A DNA stretch of 64,000 bases from a virus (IMGVR_UViG_3300029807_000001:29667-93666); one strand, 5' to 3'; positions 38,101-46,609 are shown, counted from the stretch's first letter. The notes: generated by a model not told the origin, from the sequence alone. Numbers and translations: made by a program.

Positions 38101-38117
38101 TTAAATGCTTTTGCCAT
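32139..38117 (-). CDS. tail tape measure protein (1992 aa)
   Basis: N-terminal PhageMin_Tail-like region (KFDREIIKIAQVTG...LSQAGFS), Ala/Gly/Lys-rich helices, glycine zipper. Follows the tail chaperones. Confidence 0.92.
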   Translation of the reverse strand: MAKAFNLTARLNLVGPVDAKPIIDKLKKQLKSVKVNVDIRLDPKVNARVKALDKSLARLETRLRSVKSLAASANASLSKLGKSFGKVSNGARANVRSQSQVNAVIASTGKGAAQAATEMEEFGRVSGLAIRRFAGFSIATGVIFGFISAVKTATVEAIKFDREIIKIAQVTGRSVGGLKSLTDEVFNLSTTLGVSSTELLNVARTLSQAGFSITEVRKALRAVAQSDLSPTFDSMKQTTEGAIAAINQFKLELTDLDSVLGSINAVSARFSVESGDIINAIRRTGGVFAAAAGDDKDAKQSLREFIALFTSIRATTRESSESIAVGLRTLISRLQRRSTVEFLRNLGVEVNNAEGQFVGAFEAVARLSKELNTLKSTDIRFSSIVEELGGIRQIGKIIPAIKEFDKAQAALKVATEGQNSTAKDAAIAQQALEVQFTKTKEKFLELINEVTKSDTFSFLTKGTLKFADTLISLASVLKPLLPLLAGFAAFKGLQIIGGITRGFRRGIGAGGAGGVGEAIGGIGGGSQRNTQAQVSLANHLISNTTAVTNNTTALAALTRVLPGLGTGRSSRLGAAGRTRFATGGAVGGSGSSDSQIIRAQAGEFVVNRRGVKKFGLGGLNSLNSTPQRLVTGSKGKLSTKSDNEAINKQDAPTPAKNLRFGMVGLRPIGAQGTRNVRIKAAKGDTSKRPQSVVQVKFAAIGKDIAREAKKGMNRNILQAVTNVGTTFATKLGARLDKSKIIPATKAAGLPQIQGTLFEASLQALGDPFEAAALKKRFKGSLDFPTGLGASSRLFPGVDGSLPTDAKRTVGNVQAQSMATQLGNFVRIQRAETKAAALKRASGGLVDTLLTPGELVFSPDAVQQAGVGNLRKFNKLGDPSGIQGFARGGVARVPGTGNRDTFRTMLESGSFVVRKSSSERFAAGGPVGMQSGDFPPGGLRGSSSRPFQSVAIRSASAAQKEVLAVRKRTLTVTQLARVEKEVAAVNKRGIFGQKQLNAENAKITQIQKQRASTLSSLRTKSKAARAGAGAGGGVGAGVDGAGFGGAAIGLLIAAPILQQAIGTKTAKAAGAGAGITGAIAGGTAGAALGSIIAPGLGTAVGAAVGGLVGAIVSYQQAFKQATDDLRDARIEKIINELGDSISSFSNNIISQEDFSQRVSESIPQLKKELAVLRFETPTSNAFGSTEDLNPQERAKEALFFKLAFDTMKEQKKFQKKLQDRSVKAQDAQKQAAELFLSEVKKNVASGATGADRFKNLSGGTSRQDALAFIGSLDDASRKNFLAAPDADRPDDVALGLVIADRISADKLLQDQLLASAKAAGEARKEMDLLGIDLLNMASKATVAATAGQSFRASLDTIANGFNSIATVKFNKLSKNLGIVGQGQIDQSFNQLRSFTGGGSDIDKLEKAFNDASILRNEGAAILAEAIAKGSAVDADSAATVFENALKDSDILRGLGDVIRNQFESSARQLFGGKRQAKGVTQSQIDKVVSTTATPATKKAQDALSAAVNSVEKVINEFAKNANLYAQSQLKAADVQDRIVQITAQRANQLKGLQGKEVSIQDILGITEARVRDASLGGGAGGSTDSRVLADRLISLQRRNEAIRARQPDAGRQEQTELIAEFADNTRQGKELEKALQLNATSTNALTAIEGKIAEIQQRREKGRGFVANLRAAQLDPKAAAELNRGIAGAAAILGGGKVDAKGFAAGNKFLNDIINLLPKEQARAARDRVAKGNLDALGLDKAGPAGKFLQKFFGDLEGQDQEANLIKTFQQLADKQLFALDQQVGVLQTQSDNLLGNLNKLFDAQLNAIRGLAGGGGGVVPQRQAQAARVPQQLPGPRQRQAVHEANQARIREEEAARDQRHEDRRLGRDPNGGGLQNVAEGRVRKVRGQGGLLNPQGINALNGFAGAANQLTVALNGLNNLAKQLQNINIPETIQIESAPIQVNVVINGAEAFENMQPALAQLVEGQIQRALINTINPITGETKESFGFNTV

Positions 38118-38205
38118 AGGTATAAATACTTACGAAAAGTGTGGATATAATGGTAGTGTTCAGTTTGCCTTACACTCGCACTATCCTAGATACTTTCCGC
38201 TTGGT

Positions 38206-39087
38206 TTAGCTATCGCTCTCGTCTGCTGCAACAACATCTTTTTTCTTACGTTTGACTACTGGCTTCTTATCTTTCTCTCGGACAATAGGCTTGTCGTTGT
38301 CGTCAAGGAAAGGGAGACTTTTACGATCTTCTTCTTCTACTATAGCTTTACCGTCAGAGTCTACTCTTTCTTCTTTGTCGTTCACGTAGTAACCTTGTTC
38401 GTCGATTAACTTACCGTCTACGTCAACATAGTGGCCTACTGAATTAATCAGTCGGTTGTCCTTGTCGGCGTATCCGTAATCTCTCAAGAATACATTCTCG
38501 ATCAGATTATGTTCGTAATCTTCGTTAAGGTCGTACATTAGTCTGGCCACTTTTGATGCACACTCAGCCGCATAGGTCTGAGTATTGTTATTTAAGTAGT
38601 CATCTAAGCTTAAAAAGACACGCTGCTTAGTATCATTATACACCACGCATTGACTAACTAAGTAGTTAAACTTCTCGTTATCTGCCTGACCTTCTGCGGT
38701 AAGAACGTCCATTGCTGTACGCTGAGAGATAAGTTCCACTAGGTCCGCACGTAATTGACGTAGTTTTAGAGACACTTTCTTAGCGGTACTTTCCCTAGTC
38801 TTACCGTCTTCGTTTTTCATAATCTTGATAAATGCTTCAATCTGATCTGACATTCTGGCCAATTCAGCTTTCTTCTTATCGTCCCAGACACCTTGTTCTA
38901 CCATAAAGTCTTCAAGTTTCATGCGTAGGATAGCTCCAGATACAATGGCATCTTTGAAGGCTCGGTTGTACACCTGTGATGCAGCGGAAGATTGTTTAGC
39001 AGTAGGCTTAGATGCGGTCATCTCTCGATCTTTACCGTCTACTTCTGCTGTGAATGTAATAGAGTTCGCGTTTTTTGTTTTTAACAT
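38206..39087 (-). CDS. tail assembly chaperone-like protein
   Basis: Immediately upstream of the TMP. Paralogous to 39465-40529. Confidence 0.55.
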   Translation of the reverse strand: MLKTKNANSITFTAEVDGKDREMTASKPTAKQSSAASQVYNRAFKDAIVSGAILRMKLEDFMVEQGVWDDKKKAELARMSDQIEAFIKIMKNEDGKTRESTAKKVSLKLRQLRADLVELISQRTAMDVLTAEGQADNEKFNYLVSQCVVYNDTKQRVFLSLDDYLNNNTQTYAAECASKVARLMYDLNEDYEHNLIENVFLRDYGYADKDNRLINSVGHYVDVDGKLIDEQGYYVNDKEERVDSDGKAIVEEEDRKSLPFLDDNDKPIVREKDKKPVVKRKKKDVVAADESDS

Positions 39088-39096
39088 AGTTTCTCC

Positions 39097-39462
39097 TTAG
39101 TCCTGTTTCTCTACGAGAAATTCGTATTGATTCTTAATGTAATGAATAGTGTTGTTATCTACTTCGGCCAATGCAGCACGAAGCTGGTTGTTCCCATTGT
39201 TTAAAATTTCTGTCCGCGTCAGTTGCCATAGTTCTCTCATGTCGAATTGTTCATCTGTTAGTTCAACGTCGTCTAGCCCATGTCCCCACAGGTGTCCGAA
39301 GTTCTGCTCAAACTGGTCTAGCGATCCAATCATTGTGGTCTTAAATTTAGTCTGTATATGCTTTTTCAGTACGTTCTTAGAATGTATGGCAGAACGTTCG
39401 TCATTAACTTTGCGAGCCATAGCCGCCATTCGTTTCATTTCTTCATGACTGTGAGTTGTCAT
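39097..39462 (-). CDS. hypothetical protein
   Basis: 121-aa ORF tightly packed in the tail operon. Confidence 0.7.
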   Translation of the reverse strand: MTTHSHEEMKRMAAMARKVNDERSAIHSKNVLKKHIQTKFKTTMIGSLDQFEQNFGHLWGHGLDDVELTDEQFDMRELWQLTRTEILNNGNNQLRAALAEVDNNTIHYIKNQYEFLVEKQD

Positions 39463-39464
39463 TT

Positions 39465-40529
39465 TTACTTTCCTTTAACCTGACTCATGAATTTTTGGTT
39501 TTGAGTCTGCTGAATTTGCAGTCTTCTGTCCTGGAAGTTGGAGTCAGTAGCCCTTCCTTTATGTTTTATTACATTGTTACGTTGAGCCTTAATTATCTTA
39601 CCTCTGGTATCATTCATACCGTTGATACGTTGTGCATCTTCTTTAGTTTTAGCTACTAAGAATACCTCATCGGCATTTTGCATCTTACTATTCTGCTTAC
39701 TCATTCTCTCGTCAAACTGGTGAGACATCTTATCTTTCTCACCCTTACGTCTCTCGCTAATCATCCATCCGTCAAATAGATCGTCGTCATTAATGATATC
39801 ATCGGGAGGACAATTTTGATGATCGTATGCTGAATCGTACATCTTACTAAACAATATTAGCGTGCGTTGTTCATCGGTTAGCTCAATAGTACAGCTTCCT
39901 CCGAACGGATTAGACTTATTAATATTCCAATAGTTTCTCCAAGGGTCTGTGCGAGCCAATTCCCGAATTTCGTCTATACCAACTGACTGATAAAACTCTT
40001 CCGATACAACACGTTCTAGCATAGACATATCAATCGCGTCCACGTTGTCCCATACTCTCTCGTTAGATTCCGCATAGTATAAAGTTTCCGAAACTAAATA
40101 CTGTTTCTTAATCATGTTGGCAAATCCTTCAAGAGTCATGTGATCAAACATGTGTCTATTACGTTGCATTTCCAACTGTTTCTCTTTTATTGCTGCTAAA
40201 CGAACTTTGGTTTCTCGATGCACATCTGGCACAAAGAGACTCGTAAAGAGTCTTACCTTAGTATTCTCAATCTCTTTTTCTATCTTCTTTAGGTTTTCGT
40301 CTATATCTTTTGAGCATAGTTCGTTGGACACTGCTATGTACAGACATTCCTGATCCGTTAACCAATCTTCAAATCTACGCTTTCTAAGTATCTCATTAAA
40401 TATACGCAGAGATTGTAGTCTAACATAAGGTGTTGCAGAACGAAGAATATATACCTCGTCCCTAACGGAGATGGTTGTCTCTGCCGTCATAATCTTATAT
40501 ATCAACTCTTCTCGTTTACTGTGTCTCAC
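39465..40529 (-). CDS. tail assembly chaperone-like protein, long paralog
   Basis: N-half aligns with 38206-39087. Extra C-domain CPPDDIINDDDLFDGW. Confidence 0.55.
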   Translation of the reverse strand: MRHSKREELIYKIMTAETTISVRDEVYILRSATPYVRLQSLRIFNEILRKRRFEDWLTDQECLYIAVSNELCSKDIDENLKKIEKEIENTKVRLFTSLFVPDVHRETKVRLAAIKEKQLEMQRNRHMFDHMTLEGFANMIKKQYLVSETLYYAESNERVWDNVDAIDMSMLERVVSEEFYQSVGIDEIRELARTDPWRNYWNINKSNPFGGSCTIELTDEQRTLILFSKMYDSAYDHQNCPPDDIINDDDLFDGWMISERRKGEKDKMSHQFDERMSKQNSKMQNADEVFLVAKTKEDAQRINGMNDTRGKIIKAQRNNVIKHKGRATDSNFQDRRLQIQQTQNQKFMSQVKGK

Positions 40530-40749
40530 TAGAATCTGGTTCCTCTGTAGCGTCAGGCATCTTTTCAGTAAGCTGCACGTTCATAAGATCCTCTAGCTGC
40601 TTCTTACTAGCTATAGACATAGCCAACTGATTATTGACTTCTGATAGCTGATTTCCCGCAGTGTATAACTGTACATACAGTTGGCCTATGATTTGATAGA
40701 CTTCATTGGCAGAGGTGTTGCCAAACGGAGAGAGATTTTCTTGTGCCAT
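40516..40749 (-). CDS. small coiled-coil protein
   Basis: 77-aa ORF with AGGA upstream and a heptad pattern. Confidence 0.6.
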   Translation of the reverse strand: MAQENLSPFGNTSANEVYQIIGQLYVQLYTAGNQLSEVNNQLAMSIASKKQLEDLMNVQLTEKMPDATEEPDSSETQ

Positions 40750-40807
40750 GTTCCTAGTTCCTAAAATAAAAAGGTCAGTAATGTTACTCGCCAGTCAAGG
40801 TATTATA

Positions 40808-40984
40808 TCACTCCGAAGAGTCGGCTATCGCTGCATTACTAACCGTATTGTCTGGTGTGTCTTTAGATACGTCTTTCTTAAATATATCAAAGTTAGTTTT
40901 GAATGTTACTGTCTGCAAGCCTTGAATCTCCTGAGAGTTTAATGAGGCTCCACTAGCTTTGTAGTATTTTCGTTTCTTGTCCAT
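40808..40984 (-). CDS. 58-aa truncated paralog of the tail tube N-terminus
   Basis: SD AAGGAG plus ATG. MDKKRKYYKASGASLNSQEIQGLQTVTFKTNFDIFKKDVSKDTPDNTVSNAAIADSSE. Below the ORF-track cutoff. Confidence 0.75.
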   Translation of the reverse strand: MDKKRKYYKASGASLNSQEIQGLQTVTFKTNFDIFKKDVSKDTPDNTVSNAAIADSSE

Positions 40985-40998
40985 GTCCTGTTCTCCTT

Positions 40999-41039
40999 AA
41001 AAAATAAAAAGCGAAGGCATCGAAATTGATGCCCTCGCT
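40999..41039 (-). terminator. intrinsic terminator after the tail tube gene
   Basis: Minus strand agcgagggcatc-aatttc-gatgccttcgct followed by TTTTATTTTT. Confidence 0.85.
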
Positions 41040-41046
41040 AAGATTC

Positions 41047-42201
41047 TTATACGTCACGTAAGTACGTGTCTCGTCCAGCGAATGTAAAGTTGCTGTTAGG
41101 ATCACCAGAGTGCATAACAGTAAAGTCGTTGAACGTTGTGAATGAGTAGCTAACAGATACGTTGCCACCACCAGCGTCACCGCCAGTATAGTTCACGGAA
41201 GATAACTTGTTCTTGACTCCAAGATAGATACGTGTACCTTCGCAAGTTGCGATGCGGATTGTACGATCCACTAGGTTACCACCGTCTAAACATGCGTCAG
41301 TACCAGTGCTATAAATACCTGCCTCTGTAGCAGAAATCATATCACCAGAAGTTGAAGTTACTTCAATCTCGCAGCTAACTTCGATTGGGAAAGTAACGGT
41401 ACGATGATACGGACCCTTACGACCAAGTTCGTTGATAGCCTCTCTACCAAGGTCGGCAGAGATAGAAATGTTGGACAAGTGAGCATCATAGTCTTGACCG
41501 TTAGACTGCTCGTTAGTACCAGAATCTGAGATTCCGAATACTTCTGGAGGCAGAATGGTCGCATCCGAATCAGCTACCATGCCGTTAGTATCTAAGCCTT
41601 GAGTTTCGTCATAAGCTAAGATTAGGTTTTCTCGTCTGTTCACACCACCAGTACCGATAGGAGAATCAAGCGATGTGAAAGCACCTTCAAAGACTGGAGT
41701 AGGTAGAATAGTGCTGGTTGGCTTAGGATCGTTTAACCACACCTTATCGTTACCAACAAGACTTACATCTTCATTGAAGTTGTCATCTAGTGGGAAGTTA
41801 TAAGCGATAGATCCTACAAACATACCAGAACACTGTACTACAGACGGAGGTGTACCAGTTGCGGATTCAAGAGTGTCGTCAAAAATAGATAGGCCAAAAA
41901 GAGCCTTCTCGTTTGAACGACCAGCTAACGTAGGAGTCAAAGCTCCAGTTGTAGCAAGGTGATAAATCAGTGGATAACCATCCAGCAATTTATTAAGTGT
42001 CACTTCAACATCGGGAATATCTTCGATGTTCTCGTAGATAGCTAACTGACCTAATTCGAAAGCTTGTTCCAAATTGAAGTTAGTAGTCATACCTACTGAC
42101 TGTAGGCCATGGATTTCCGTAAAAGCGCCAGCATCTGCATCGGCTTTCAGTCCACCTTGGTGTACAGCGTAGTAAATTCGTTTATTTGTACTAGCAGGCA
42201 T
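41047..42201 (-). CDS. major tail (tube) protein
   Basis: Acidic G/T/S-rich 384-aa protein with its own promoter, strong SD and terminator. Internal duplication (EQAFELGQ / EAINELGR). Lies between the tail terminator and the chaperones. Confidence 0.75.
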   Translation of the reverse strand: MPASTNKRIYYAVHQGGLKADADAGAFTEIHGLQSVGMTTNFNLEQAFELGQLAIYENIEDIPDVEVTLNKLLDGYPLIYHLATTGALTPTLAGRSNEKALFGLSIFDDTLESATGTPPSVVQCSGMFVGSIAYNFPLDDNFNEDVSLVGNDKVWLNDPKPTSTILPTPVFEGAFTSLDSPIGTGGVNRRENLILAYDETQGLDTNGMVADSDATILPPEVFGISDSGTNEQSNGQDYDAHLSNISISADLGREAINELGRKGPYHRTVTFPIEVSCEIEVTSTSGDMISATEAGIYSTGTDACLDGGNLVDRTIRIATCEGTRIYLGVKNKLSSVNYTGGDAGGGNVSVSYSFTTFNDFTVMHSGDPNSNFTFAGRDTYLRDV

Positions 42202-42261
42202 TCGAAAATTCTCCTTTTCGGACTGTGCTAAAGTCTATGTATTAAGAGGTGCGGTTAAAAT

Positions 42262-42271
42262 ATTATACACC
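42262..42271 (-). promoter_or_regulatory. candidate late promoter GGTGTATAAT
   Basis: Intergenic, upstream of the tail tube. The motif recurs before other structural operons. Confidence 0.65.
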
Positions 42272-42281
42272 GACAGGTGCT

Positions 42282-43247
42282 TTAATCGTCTAGAACCACT
42301 TCGCAAGTGATTCTAGCTGTTCCTTGGTACAGTCTGGTATTAAGAGCTTCCACTTCTGACGTAGTGGTACGGCTGAAACGACAACTTTCCCACCTATGTC
42401 CTGTAGACTCATCTACTAAAGCAGGGTAAGTTTGAGCGCTATCAACTATGTCTCCTTCTGCATCAAGAGGATAGTCGGAAGCTGCTGCTATAGAGTCGTT
42501 GTCAAATAGCCAAATTCCCGTATCGAACTGACCACGCAAGATATCCAGTATGTCATTACGGTCGTTACGGCTCTCGGCTATAACATGACACAGTACATCC
42601 TGCTCTACCCATGCTGCTCCGTCTCCTAGTTGGAATCCTCTAGAGACAGAACGCGGAACTGCTTCCAGTATAATGCAGGGCATCTGTATTCTATGCTGAC
42701 CACCTACTGCCCAGGTTCCACTACTAAGTTGTGCAAAGTGAGTATCATCTGGTCTAAACGATCTGTATTGTAGTTCTTGCCACCACGGAACAGAATCAGC
42801 TCTATATACTTGTACATACCTATAACTATAAGTTGCCTGTACAAGAGTGGTAGAGGCTATAGGAGTACTAAATACAATACGACCCATGGGGTAGTTAATA
42901 TGATCGGGAACTGTAGGTACTCCAGCTACTTCTACTGTTGCGGGACTAGTAGGGTTCTGTGTAGCGCCAGTAGTATCAACATAGTTCACTCCAGTCTCCC
43001 ACGTCCAGTCTTTTCTGGGAGCTTCCCAGACGGTTCCAGCAGTAAAGGATTTATCATCAACCAGCCTCAAAGTGCTGAAATCACCACCGAAACCACCAGG
43101 ACTAGAACCAGCCGTTACATCGGTCCAACCTCCGACCTGTAGAAAGGCCCAGTCAAACCATGTTTTCAGATTGATCTCCAGCTTGTTCATAAGCTGGGAA
43201 TCTCCGATATGGATTACTCCCTTAAACTTTGCACGTTCTGACGGCAT
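42282..43247 (-). CDS. tail terminator/completion-like structural protein
   Basis: Directly before the tail tube. IQMPCIILE...ESRNDRNDILDIL. Confidence 0.55.
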   Translation of the reverse strand: MPSERAKFKGVIHIGDSQLMNKLEINLKTWFDWAFLQVGGWTDVTAGSSPGGFGGDFSTLRLVDDKSFTAGTVWEAPRKDWTWETGVNYVDTTGATQNPTSPATVEVAGVPTVPDHINYPMGRIVFSTPIASTTLVQATYSYRYVQVYRADSVPWWQELQYRSFRPDDTHFAQLSSGTWAVGGQHRIQMPCIILEAVPRSVSRGFQLGDGAAWVEQDVLCHVIAESRNDRNDILDILRGQFDTGIWLFDNDSIAAASDYPLDAEGDIVDSAQTYPALVDESTGHRWESCRFSRTTTSEVEALNTRLYQGTARITCEVVLDD

Positions 43248-43906
43248 TATAGTATGCTCCTTGCTTGTGTCTGGATGATTTTTATGAGTTGATTATCTAT
43301 GCTGTCTATAGCTCTTGTGACAAAGTTATGCTCGGAAGTACCCGCAAATTCAGAAGGCACTCCCCACATCTTACCTTGCCCCTCTTTCATTACTGCCTGA
43401 CCTGACCGCGACCTGTTGATTGATCCGCTGTTAAAGTCTACGTCATATCCGCGAATAATAGAACGGTCACCAAATAGCAATAACCATTCTAGCCAGGGTA
43501 ACTCCTGTCCCTTCCTGGTAATCACTTTAGCCACAGGGCTTTGTAGTACGTCACTATAGTCTTGTTCGATCATACCAATACTGATCCCTGCGATGATCTT
43601 ATTGTTAATAATCTTAGTAGGAGTACGTTTTACTTCTACGCTGTTAGACCAAATCTCAACGATCTCTCTTACTCTAGATGTTCCGTCTCGGAATCCAAAC
43701 TCACCAGCTAAGACTCCTCCACTTAACGATCCAATCTCGGGCTGAGATAAAATACTGTCTCTGACTAGCCTACGAACTGGAGCAACTATCTTATTAGCTA
43801 GTCGCTTCATGAGCTTATCAACTTCGGGTAATAGCGCTCTGTTAATTCTCCTCTGTATGACCCCCTTGTTTTCAACCAGAGACGCTGTTAGTTGTAGTCT
43901 AGCCAT
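43247..43906 (-). CDS. neck/tail completion protein
   Basis: Basic protein in the head-tail block. C-terminal NFVTRAI resembles the HK97 gp10-type ending. Confidence 0.5.
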   Translation of the reverse strand: MARLQLTASLVENKGVIQRRINRALLPEVDKLMKRLANKIVAPVRRLVRDSILSQPEIGSLSGGVLAGEFGFRDGTSRVREIVEIWSNSVEVKRTPTKIINNKIIAGISIGMIEQDYSDVLQSPVAKVITRKGQELPWLEWLLLFGDRSIIRGYDVDFNSGSINRSRSGQAVMKEGQGKMWGVPSEFAGTSEHNFVTRAIDSIDNQLIKIIQTQARSIL

Positions 43907-44420
43907 TTTCTATGAGTTTCCACATCACTAAGACGAACGAGCTAGAACCTAACCCGCACATCTCTGGCTTACCATATCTTTCAAACTTAGAACGTACTGT
44001 TGTATCAATTGCTGTATCTACTATCACTTCTTTAGCCTGAGTTAATTCCGCATAAGTACTAAACAAGCTCACAGTCTGTATGAAACCGTTTGGAGATTGT
44101 ACTTTAGTAGTCATAGGTATCCAGCTCTTATAGTCATATATAGGAGCAAGAGATACTGTACTAGTCTGTACGTCTGGAATCTTACCAGCGCCAGCACACA
44201 TGGGACAGATGCCCACAGTGAACGCGGCAGGACCACCAGTCTGGTATCTATTGGATGACTTGTTACCGATTGGATCGAATATACAGTTGGCGCAATCGGT
44301 CCACAGGGTTACCCCAAACGATAACGTACATGTTACTGCACAAGCACGAATCACTTCTGTGATCATGTCTATGTGAAGCTGCTTAAACGTAGCGTCAATC
44401 ATTCCAGTAAAGTCACTCAT
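43899..44420 (-). CDS. head closure-like protein with Zn-finger
   Basis: CANC...CPMC.G.G. Position in the head-tail block. Confidence 0.5.
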   Translation of the reverse strand: MSDFTGMIDATFKQLHIDMITEVIRACAVTCTLSFGVTLWTDCANCIFDPIGNKSSNRYQTGGPAAFTVGICPMCAGAGKIPDVQTSTVSLAPIYDYKSWIPMTTKVQSPNGFIQTVSLFSTYAELTQAKEVIVDTAIDTTVRSKFERYGKPEMCGLGSSSFVLVMWKLIENG

Positions 44421-44422
44421 TA

Positions 44423-45541
44423 TTAGTCTCCAACGACACCAGATGTGTCTATAAGTCGTGTTCTGCCCGTAGCAATAACGGTAAATGAAATCAGTCCCGT
44501 TAAATCGTCATTGATGGTAATAGAGATGTTGTCTTCAAATCTAGAGTCTAAAAGTACTGGTTCCAAAAAGGTTGTCCGAATTGTAATACAAGTATTTGTT
44601 CCATCACTAATTTCATTAATTAGGTCGGCCCCTCCCTTTAGTGAATCTCCAACGCTCTTAATAGTAGCTGAGAATAGAGACACTCCTTTTCTAACTCGTG
44701 AAAATGTAATTCCGTTAGTTAGCTTAGCGAGTCCTAGTATCTTATCGTATGATAGGTTTGGCATATTACTATTTAGTAATGCAGGATCGTAAGCGTCAAC
44801 GTATGAAAATCTAAACTCAGTAATATAATATAAAGTGTTAGGAGGAGCTTCAACTATAAATGTCTTACTTGCGCCAGTCTCCTCAACTTGAAAATCGTCT
44901 ATATAGAACTTCGGACCTTTAGTACCTCTAGCATTTTGCTCTATTCTAAAGGCATCTATGGTTTCACTAGTCAGTCCCATATCGCCAAGAGGAATAGATA
45001 TGTTATGCCACTCATCGAATTGAAATTCATTGAAATAGTCCGATAGATTTATTGAGTTGCCGACCTGTAATCCAGTGCCAGTATCCCAGCCATACATAAT
45101 CCAATTGTCACCAATCGACCAGTCTTTGTCAACGTAGATAAACATGGTGATACCTACGTAACTAGATAGGTCCAGGTCGCTGCCTTTGTCAAATTCCATA
45201 ACATCATTAAGTGCCGCGTTATCTGTTTTTACAGACCTCGTTCCACTGTTAGCTTGATCGGTACTATTAAACGTAAATTTCACACCATTTATAGAAGAAG
45301 CAGTCCATAGCGCAGAGTCTATTCCGTCGTGAACTCCCACTGGAGTTCCTCCGAAGGCTCCATTAATAGCCATCTCAATACCAAGCTCATCATTAATAGC
45401 TGGAGCAAATCTAATATCCTGGTCGTGTACGGGTTCGGTATATACGACAGCTCCTACTGGAGTACCATCCTTATGAAGCATCTCTTGCTCTACAATGCGA
45501 GAGTCACCGTTTGTACCGACTTGTGCGAACTGTACAGTCAT
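44423..45541 (-). CDS. virion-associated protein with carbohydrate-binding-like jelly-roll
   Basis: DLSSY..ITMFIY...WHNISIPL..FYIDD pattern. Likely start is MTVQ at 45541, overlapping the upstream TAA. Confidence 0.55.
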   Translation of the reverse strand: MTVQFAQVGTNGDSRIVEQEMLHKDGTPVGAVVYTEPVHDQDIRFAPAINDELGIEMAINGAFGGTPVGVHDGIDSALWTASSINGVKFTFNSTDQANSGTRSVKTDNAALNDVMEFDKGSDLDLSSYVGITMFIYVDKDWSIGDNWIMYGWDTGTGLQVGNSINLSDYFNEFQFDEWHNISIPLGDMGLTSETIDAFRIEQNARGTKGPKFYIDDFQVEETGASKTFIVEAPPNTLYYITEFRFSYVDAYDPALLNSNMPNLSYDKILGLAKLTNGITFSRVRKGVSLFSATIKSVGDSLKGGADLINEISDGTNTCITIRTTFLEPVLLDSRFEDNISITINDDLTGLISFTVIATGRTRLIDTSGVVGD

Positions 45542-46095
45542 TATTCGTAGTATCCAAATATAATACCGTAACATCTACCATTGGAACCAGTTTCATACTT
45601 TATCGCAATAGAATTATTTTGACCTAAACGCACCCTGTCATCGATACGAAGTTCTTCATGTCCATTTGCACCTACAGCAGCGTGATCAATTTCAGCCAAT
45701 TCGGTTAGTCCCGAAAGTGCAGAGTTGCCTCGTGCTGATCCATCTGGAGCGTCATTAGGAGATGTTGCATTAAGATTAGTAGGAGTTAACACACTTCCTC
45801 CAGCAGCAGTACCCGAGACAAACACTACTGATACAGTAGAAACCAATGATGCGTTAATACCAATCGACGAAATTACTAGGTGTTTACCATCTGTTCTTAG
45901 ATTCTTCCAAACGCATACTAGATCTCCTGCCGCAGCATCCGCATCATCCCATAACAAAGAAAAAGTTTGTCCTTCATCTCTGGAATTATAGTATGCTCTA
46001 GAATCTGCTCTAGAAGACACGTTCAAACGACCGTCAGAACCTTCGGCTTCTTCAAACGATCTGTTCTTATCGTTTTTATATCGGATAGTTGTCAT
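45541..46095 (-). CDS. putative virion structural protein
   Basis: 184-aa beta-rich ORF with SD GAGG. Confidence 0.6.
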   Translation of the reverse strand: MTTIRYKNDKNRSFEEAEGSDGRLNVSSRADSRAYYNSRDEGQTFSLLWDDADAAAGDLVCVWKNLRTDGKHLVISSIGINASLVSTVSVVFVSGTAAGGSVLTPTNLNATSPNDAPDGSARGNSALSGLTELAEIDHAAVGANGHEELRIDDRVRLGQNNSIAIKYETGSNGRCYGIIFGYYE

Positions 46096-46115
46096 TGTAT
46101 TATTACCTCTTAGTC

Positions 46116-46370
46116 TTAGTGGTCGCCGTCATCAATATCGTGTCTTGTAATGACATCATTAGTAATGATTGACATGTGTTGATTTAAAATTTTGAGTTCC
46201 ATTATCATATCAGATAGTAACGAGACACTAAGCGACGAAGGTGCCTCTTCAATCGGCATGGGATCATTTTTACTAACTAACTGTCCATCCTCACCAGCAG
46301 CGCCAGTGCTCATCTTATGTATCGGATATTCGTTTGTATCAACGACATCTCTTGCTTTTATCTGCGTCAT
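46116..46370 (-). CDS. hypothetical protein
   Basis: 84-aa ORF with SD AGGTGG. Confidence 0.6.
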   Translation of the reverse strand: MTQIKARDVVDTNEYPIHKMSTGAAGEDGQLVSKNDPMPIEEAPSSLSVSLLSDMIMELKILNQHMSIITNDVITRHDIDDGDH

Positions 46371-46384
46371 ATCAATACCACCTA

Positions 46385-46609
46385 TTAGGTAACAGCATCA
46401 CCCTGATAATATCTAGGATCATCAAATCTGTCGGCTAAGTCAGTACCATTGCCAGCAGTTGCTAGATCGAACCCAGCGATAAGAAAAGTTTGAGTACCTA
46501 AAGGAGGAGCTTGCTGTTGTCTATTGTTACGATTTCCCATTACGGTAATATTACCGTTCTGAGAGCTGCCAGTGCCAGCACCAGCAGTGTTTACTACATC
46601 TGTTGCCAT
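46385..46609 (-). CDS. small putative virion protein
   Basis: 74-aa G/T/N-rich ORF in the operon. Confidence 0.6.
   Translation of the reverse strand: MATDVVNTAGAGTGSSQNGNITVMGNRNNRQQQAPPLGTQTFLIAGFDLATAGNGTDLADRFDDPRYYQGDAVT

Noticed and set aside
32899-38409. Many 60-190 aa + strand ORFs antisense to the tape measure gene, and similar ones opposite other long genes
   Set aside because: Low-complexity antisense shadows of Ala/Gly/Leu-rich coding sequence, with no RBS or motifs.
40706-41180. Track ORFs 40706-40942 (+) and 40953-41180 (-)
   Set aside because: One is antisense and the other runs through the tube gene end and terminator. The SD-led 40808-40984 ORF explains the region better.
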